A stretch of DNA of 64,000 bases, taken from Chiloscyllium plagiosum (Eukaryota). Positions within the stretch are counted from its first letter, which is position 1, and each line of letters starts with the position of its first letter. Positions 60,583 through 64,000 of the stretch are shown in pieces. The notes beneath the pieces were generated by a model. It saw only the letters and a list, made by a program, of their open reading frames with translations, did no database searches and had not been told where the DNA came from. The position numbers and the translations under genes were made by a program. The DNA lies in contig NC_057718.1 of assembly GCF_004010195.1 (NCBI RefSeq), forward strand, positions 31,457,479 through 31,521,478, given 5' to 3'.

Positions 60583-62140
60583 GAGTTATAGAATCATAGA
60601 GACGTACAGCACGGAAACACACCCTTCAGTCCAACTCATCCATGACGACCAGATATCCTAAATTAATCTAGGTCCATTTGCCAGCACTTGGCCCATATCC
60701 CTCTAAACCCTTTCCTCTTCATATACCCATCCAGATGCTTTATAAATGTTGTAATTGTACCAGCTTCCACCACTTTCTCTGGCAGCTCATTCCATACATA
60801 CACCACCCACTGCTTAAAAAAAGTTGCCATTAGGTCCTTTTTTAAATCTTTCCCCTCTCATCCTAACCCTATGCAGTCTAGTTTTGAACTCCCTCAACCC
60901 AGAGAAAAGACCTTGGCTATTCATCCTATCCATGCACCCTATCAATGATTTTATAAAATCACCCCTCAGCCTCTGATGCTCCAGGGAAAATAGCCTGAAC
61001 CATTCAGCCTCTGCCTATAGATCAAACTCTTCAATCCTGGCAACATCCTTGTAATTTTTTTCTGAACCCTTTCAAGTTTAACTACATCCTTCATAAAGCA
61101 GGGAGACCAGAATTGCATGCCATATAGACGATACAGATATCTCAATAAGGAGCCCAGCAATCTTTTGTCAAGCTTCCCACAGAGGTCTAGGGTACACTTG
61201 ATCAGTCCTGGGGATTTATCCAACTTTATGCATTTTTAGACATCCAGCACCTCCTCCACTGTAATATGGACATTTTTCACGATACCACCATCTATTTACC
61301 CGCGATCTCCATCCTCCTTTTCCTTCTCCACAGTAAACACTGATGCAAAATATTTGTTTCCCATCTCCCCCCTCTCCTGCGGTTCCACACATAGGTGGCC
61401 TTGCTGATCTTTAAGTGGTCCTATTCTCTCCCTTGTTACTCTTTTGTCCTTAATGTATTTGTAGAATCCCTTTTGATTCTCCTTAACCCTATTTGCCAAA
61501 GTTATCTCATGTTCTCTTTTTCCCCTCCTGATTTTCCTCTTAAGTATATTCCTTTTGCCCTTTTAGGGATTCAATCGATCTCTGCTGTCTATACCTGACA
61601 TATGCTTCCTTCTTATTCTTGACCAAAATCTCAATCTCTGCAGTCATTTAGCATTCCCTACACCTACCAACCTTTCCCTTCACTCTAATAGGAATATATT
61701 GTCTCTGGACTCCCATTTTTGAAGGCTTCCCATTTTCCAGGCGTCCCTTTACCTGTGAACAGCCCCCTCCAATTAACCATTGAAAGTTCTTGGGTAATAA
61801 CCGCAAAATTGGCTTTCCTCCAATTTAGAACTTTAACTTTTAGGTCCAATCTATCCTTTTCCATTACTATTTTAAAACTAATAGAATTATGGTTACTTGA
61901 CCCAAAGTGCTCCCCCACTGACACCTCAGTCACCTGCCTTGCCTTATTTCCCAAGAGTAGGTCAAGTTTTGCACCTTCTCTAGTAGGTACATCTACATAC
62001 TGAATCAGAAAACTTCCTTGCACACTCTTTAAAAAATCCTCTCCATCCAAGCCCTGAACACTGTGGCAGTCCCAGTCTATGTTTGGAAAATTACAGTCCC
62101 CTACCATAACCACCCTATTATTCTTACAAATTTGTTTCTC
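60583..62140 (-). mobile_element. HER1/CR1 LINE with internal RT deletion, inserted in the Gypsy LTR
   Basis: 3' end and RT C-terminus (LERVQKKITRMLPGL) join at ~61125 to linker and endonuclease (DKSPG; VVMVGDCNFPNIDW…PTREGAKLDLLL…SNHNSISF). Confidence 0.9.
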
Positions 62141-62261
62141 ATAAACTGGAGTGTCAGAGGTTCTGTTCACTCTGAGAGCTGGCTCTGAAGAAGCTGGACC
62201 AGTGTCAAGGACTCCCCACATGTAAATAAAGAGTGACTTGGTGATGGGATACTGGCTTCTG

Positions 62262-62355
62262 AGAAGAATGTTAGAAATACTCAACCCATCAGGTAGCAAC
62301 TCTGGAGTCAGAAATGGAAGTAACAGTTTGGGTCAATAATCTTTCATCAGAACAC
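62262..62355 (-). repeat. Penelope-like terminal fragment, decayed hammerhead core
   Basis: Minus strand reads gtt-CTGATGA-aagattattgaccc-aaac-tgtt. Confidence 0.5.
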
Positions 62356-62356
62356 A

Positions 62357-62540
62357 AAACCAGATTATCTCGTCATTATCGTGGTGCTGATTGTTGATGT
62401 TGCTGTGTGCTAACGAGCTGTTGCATTTCCTCTATTTCAACACCGGCAATAATTCCAAAGTACTTCACTGGCTATAAAGTGCTTTGAGACTCCCTGAGGC
62501 TGTAGAAATTAAGACATTAATGTAGGCTCTTCCTTTCATT
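62357..62540 (+). mobile_element. DeuSINE 3' fragment
   Basis: cagattatct…tgctgtgtgc…gcatttcct…aagtacttcactggctataaagtgctttgagac. Confidence 0.65.
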
Positions 62541-62877
62541 TAGCAAATTCCAGCTTATCCTTAAATTAGATAATAATTTTGGATATTTTTGAACGTCTTT
62601 TGGATTAGTCTAGCTAACAAGCTGAAAGAGAAATAATAAGTGAAGGCAGTTGGAAGGGTAGTCTTGTGGTTGAACTACAGCAGAGGCAAAAAGGCATTTG
62701 CCAGCTACTTTGTGCTATGGAACCTAACGAGGTGTCATTTACTTTGCTAATGCAGTCAGTCCTGTGCAAAGTGAACTGTAATCCAGCACGAGTCCGAGCT
62801 GATTAAGTATACAAGGGAACTGCACCTTAATGAGTAAAAAAAAATGAAGTAAACTATTGAGGGGGACCCCTGTCTCA

Positions 62878-63300
62878 AACAACAACAACTTGTATTTATG
62901 TAGCCTTATTAACGTAGAGAAATATCTGAAGGTGATTCACAGGTGCATTATAAAACAAGGTATAACACTGAGGCCCAGGAGATAATAGATTAGATAACTA
63001 AAACCTTAGTCAAAAACCTGTGCCTAAAATGAGGAAAGTTAGAGAGGGACAGAGGTGTAGGGAGGGAATTCCTGAATTTAGAACCTCAGGTCTGGAAGCA
63101 CAACCACCATTGGTGGAGTCAGTATCACTGGAATGCTCAAAGGTCAGAATTAGAGGTGCACAAATATCCCAGAGCGTGGTGGGCTTGGAGGAACGCATAA
63201 GATAGTGAGGGACGAGTCCATGCAGGGATTTCAAAACACAAATGACATTTTAAAACCAAAATAATGCTTGATTGGGAGCCTTGTGGGTTAGTGAGCACAG
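62878..63300 (-). mobile_element. L2 LINE 3' fragment
   Basis: aacaacttgtatttatgtagcc tail. The minus ORF KSLHGLVPHYL…LNSGIP resembles the L2 C-terminus. Confidence 0.7.
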
Positions 63301-63439
63301 CATCCACCTGAAATTCTCAGGCCATTCAGTGTGGCATCTTTGTAACTGACTTCAACAGGATAGAAAATTATTAGAAAAGTGAATTAGTGCAGATACTACA
63401 ATAAGGACAGAGAATGCTGTAAATTACACCCCCCTCCCC

Positions 63440-63602
63440 CGGTTTGGCAGCATCTGTGGAGAGAGCAGCAACACAAATATTTTAGATCTGAGTCCTTTCA
63501 TCACAACCTGATGGATACAGACCTGAAACATTCACTCTGTCTCTCTCTCTCTCTCCACAGATGCCAAATCTGTTATGTATTTTCAGTATTCTTGTTTTTC
63601 AT
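63440..63602. repeat. Penelope-like fold-back fragment, degraded, with (CT)n expansion
   Basis: gcatctgtggagagag / ctctctccacagatgc inverted arms around tcatca…ctgatg…gaaac. Confidence 0.6.
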
Positions 63603-63779
63603 TATGGAATCAGCATATTTTAGGTGATTTCAGTAAGGGTGGGTTTTGCAGGAGTACTTTTTCCCTCCTGTAATTTTCTGAATCCATTGACTCACACCTG
63701 GGTATTTGTAAAGCTATCCATCAACTCTCCAAAATCTCATCAAAGTGAGCATCCTTCATGCTTGGGCATAGAAGGGGAG

Positions 63780-63865
63780 AACCATAAGCCCATAAGACAT
63801 TGGAATAAAAGTAGATCATTCAGTCCATCAAGTCTACTCCGTCATTCATTGAGATCATGGCTGGT
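63780..63865 (-). mobile_element. CR1 3' UTR end
   Basis: ccataagcccataagac tail…tctactccgtcattcattgagatcatggctg. Confidence 0.7.
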
Positions 63866-63868
63866 AGG

Positions 63869-64000
63869 TATGATATGGAGGTGCTGGTATTGGACTGGGG
63901 TGGACAAACTTAAAAATCATACAACACCAGGTCATAGTCCAACAAGTTTATTTGAAAGTCCAAGCTTTTGGAGCGCTTCTCCTTCATCAGGTAGCTAGTT
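63869..64000 (-). mobile_element. Penelope-like element, same family as 2001-2215, runs off the window end
   Basis: atgatatggaggtgctggtattggactggggtggacaaa…acaacaccagg…agtccaaca…tccttcatcagg matches the left arm of 2001-2215. Confidence 0.8.

Larger units (their letters stand above)
57350..62272 (+). mobile_element. Ty3/Gypsy provirus 3' half (RNase H, integrase, 3' LTR), interrupted by two CR1 LINEs
   Basis: LAHYDP…DASSY…IAYTSSTL…QIEKEGFAVIFKVRKFHQY…DHK (RNase H); ILAELHQDHPG…CPECQ; WEWPNKPW…YAGPF…FLVIVD; FAIHGVPEVLVTDNRPSFISREF (rve). LTR halves at ~60481-60582 and 62141-~62272, with AATAAA at 62225. Confidence 0.85.

Noticed and set aside
61685..62299. 204-aa ORF with endonuclease motifs as a domesticated gene
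   Set aside because: Read-through across Penelope-like, LTR and CR1 endonuclease fragments; no independent gene structure.
1..64000. CRISPR arrays, operons or other prokaryotic systems
   Set aside because: Vertebrate repeat landscape; no regularly spaced repeats and no dense ORF organisation.

Overview
This is repeat-rich eukaryotic genomic DNA from a cartilaginous fish (shark or ray). The assignment rests on HE1-type V-SINEs and their partner HER1/CR1-type LINEs. I can recognise no intact host protein-coding gene; the window looks like a long intron or an intergenic region, and almost all ORFs in the track are transposon remnants or chance ORFs. Content: many 5'-truncated and nested CR1-clade LINEs, one RTE LINE, one internally deleted L1/Tx1-type element with a target-site duplication, L2 and Rex1/Babar fragments, about nine HE1 SINEs, DeuSINE (SacSINE1-like) relics, two decayed Ty3/Gypsy proviruses plus a probable solo LTR, several PIF/Harbinger relics (HARBI1-like transposase plus Myb/SANT-like partner), and about nine Penelope-like terminal fragments carrying minimal hammerhead-ribozyme cores, several arranged as fold-back palindromes. 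Outside the recognisable repeats, the best signals are a ~108-nt hairpin with a perfect 18-bp core and G-U pairs that favour the + strand (19987-20096), and a 45-nt frame-preserving candidate cassette exon (8421-8465, +). Repeat family names come from recalled motifs, not database searches, and most boundaries are approximate.
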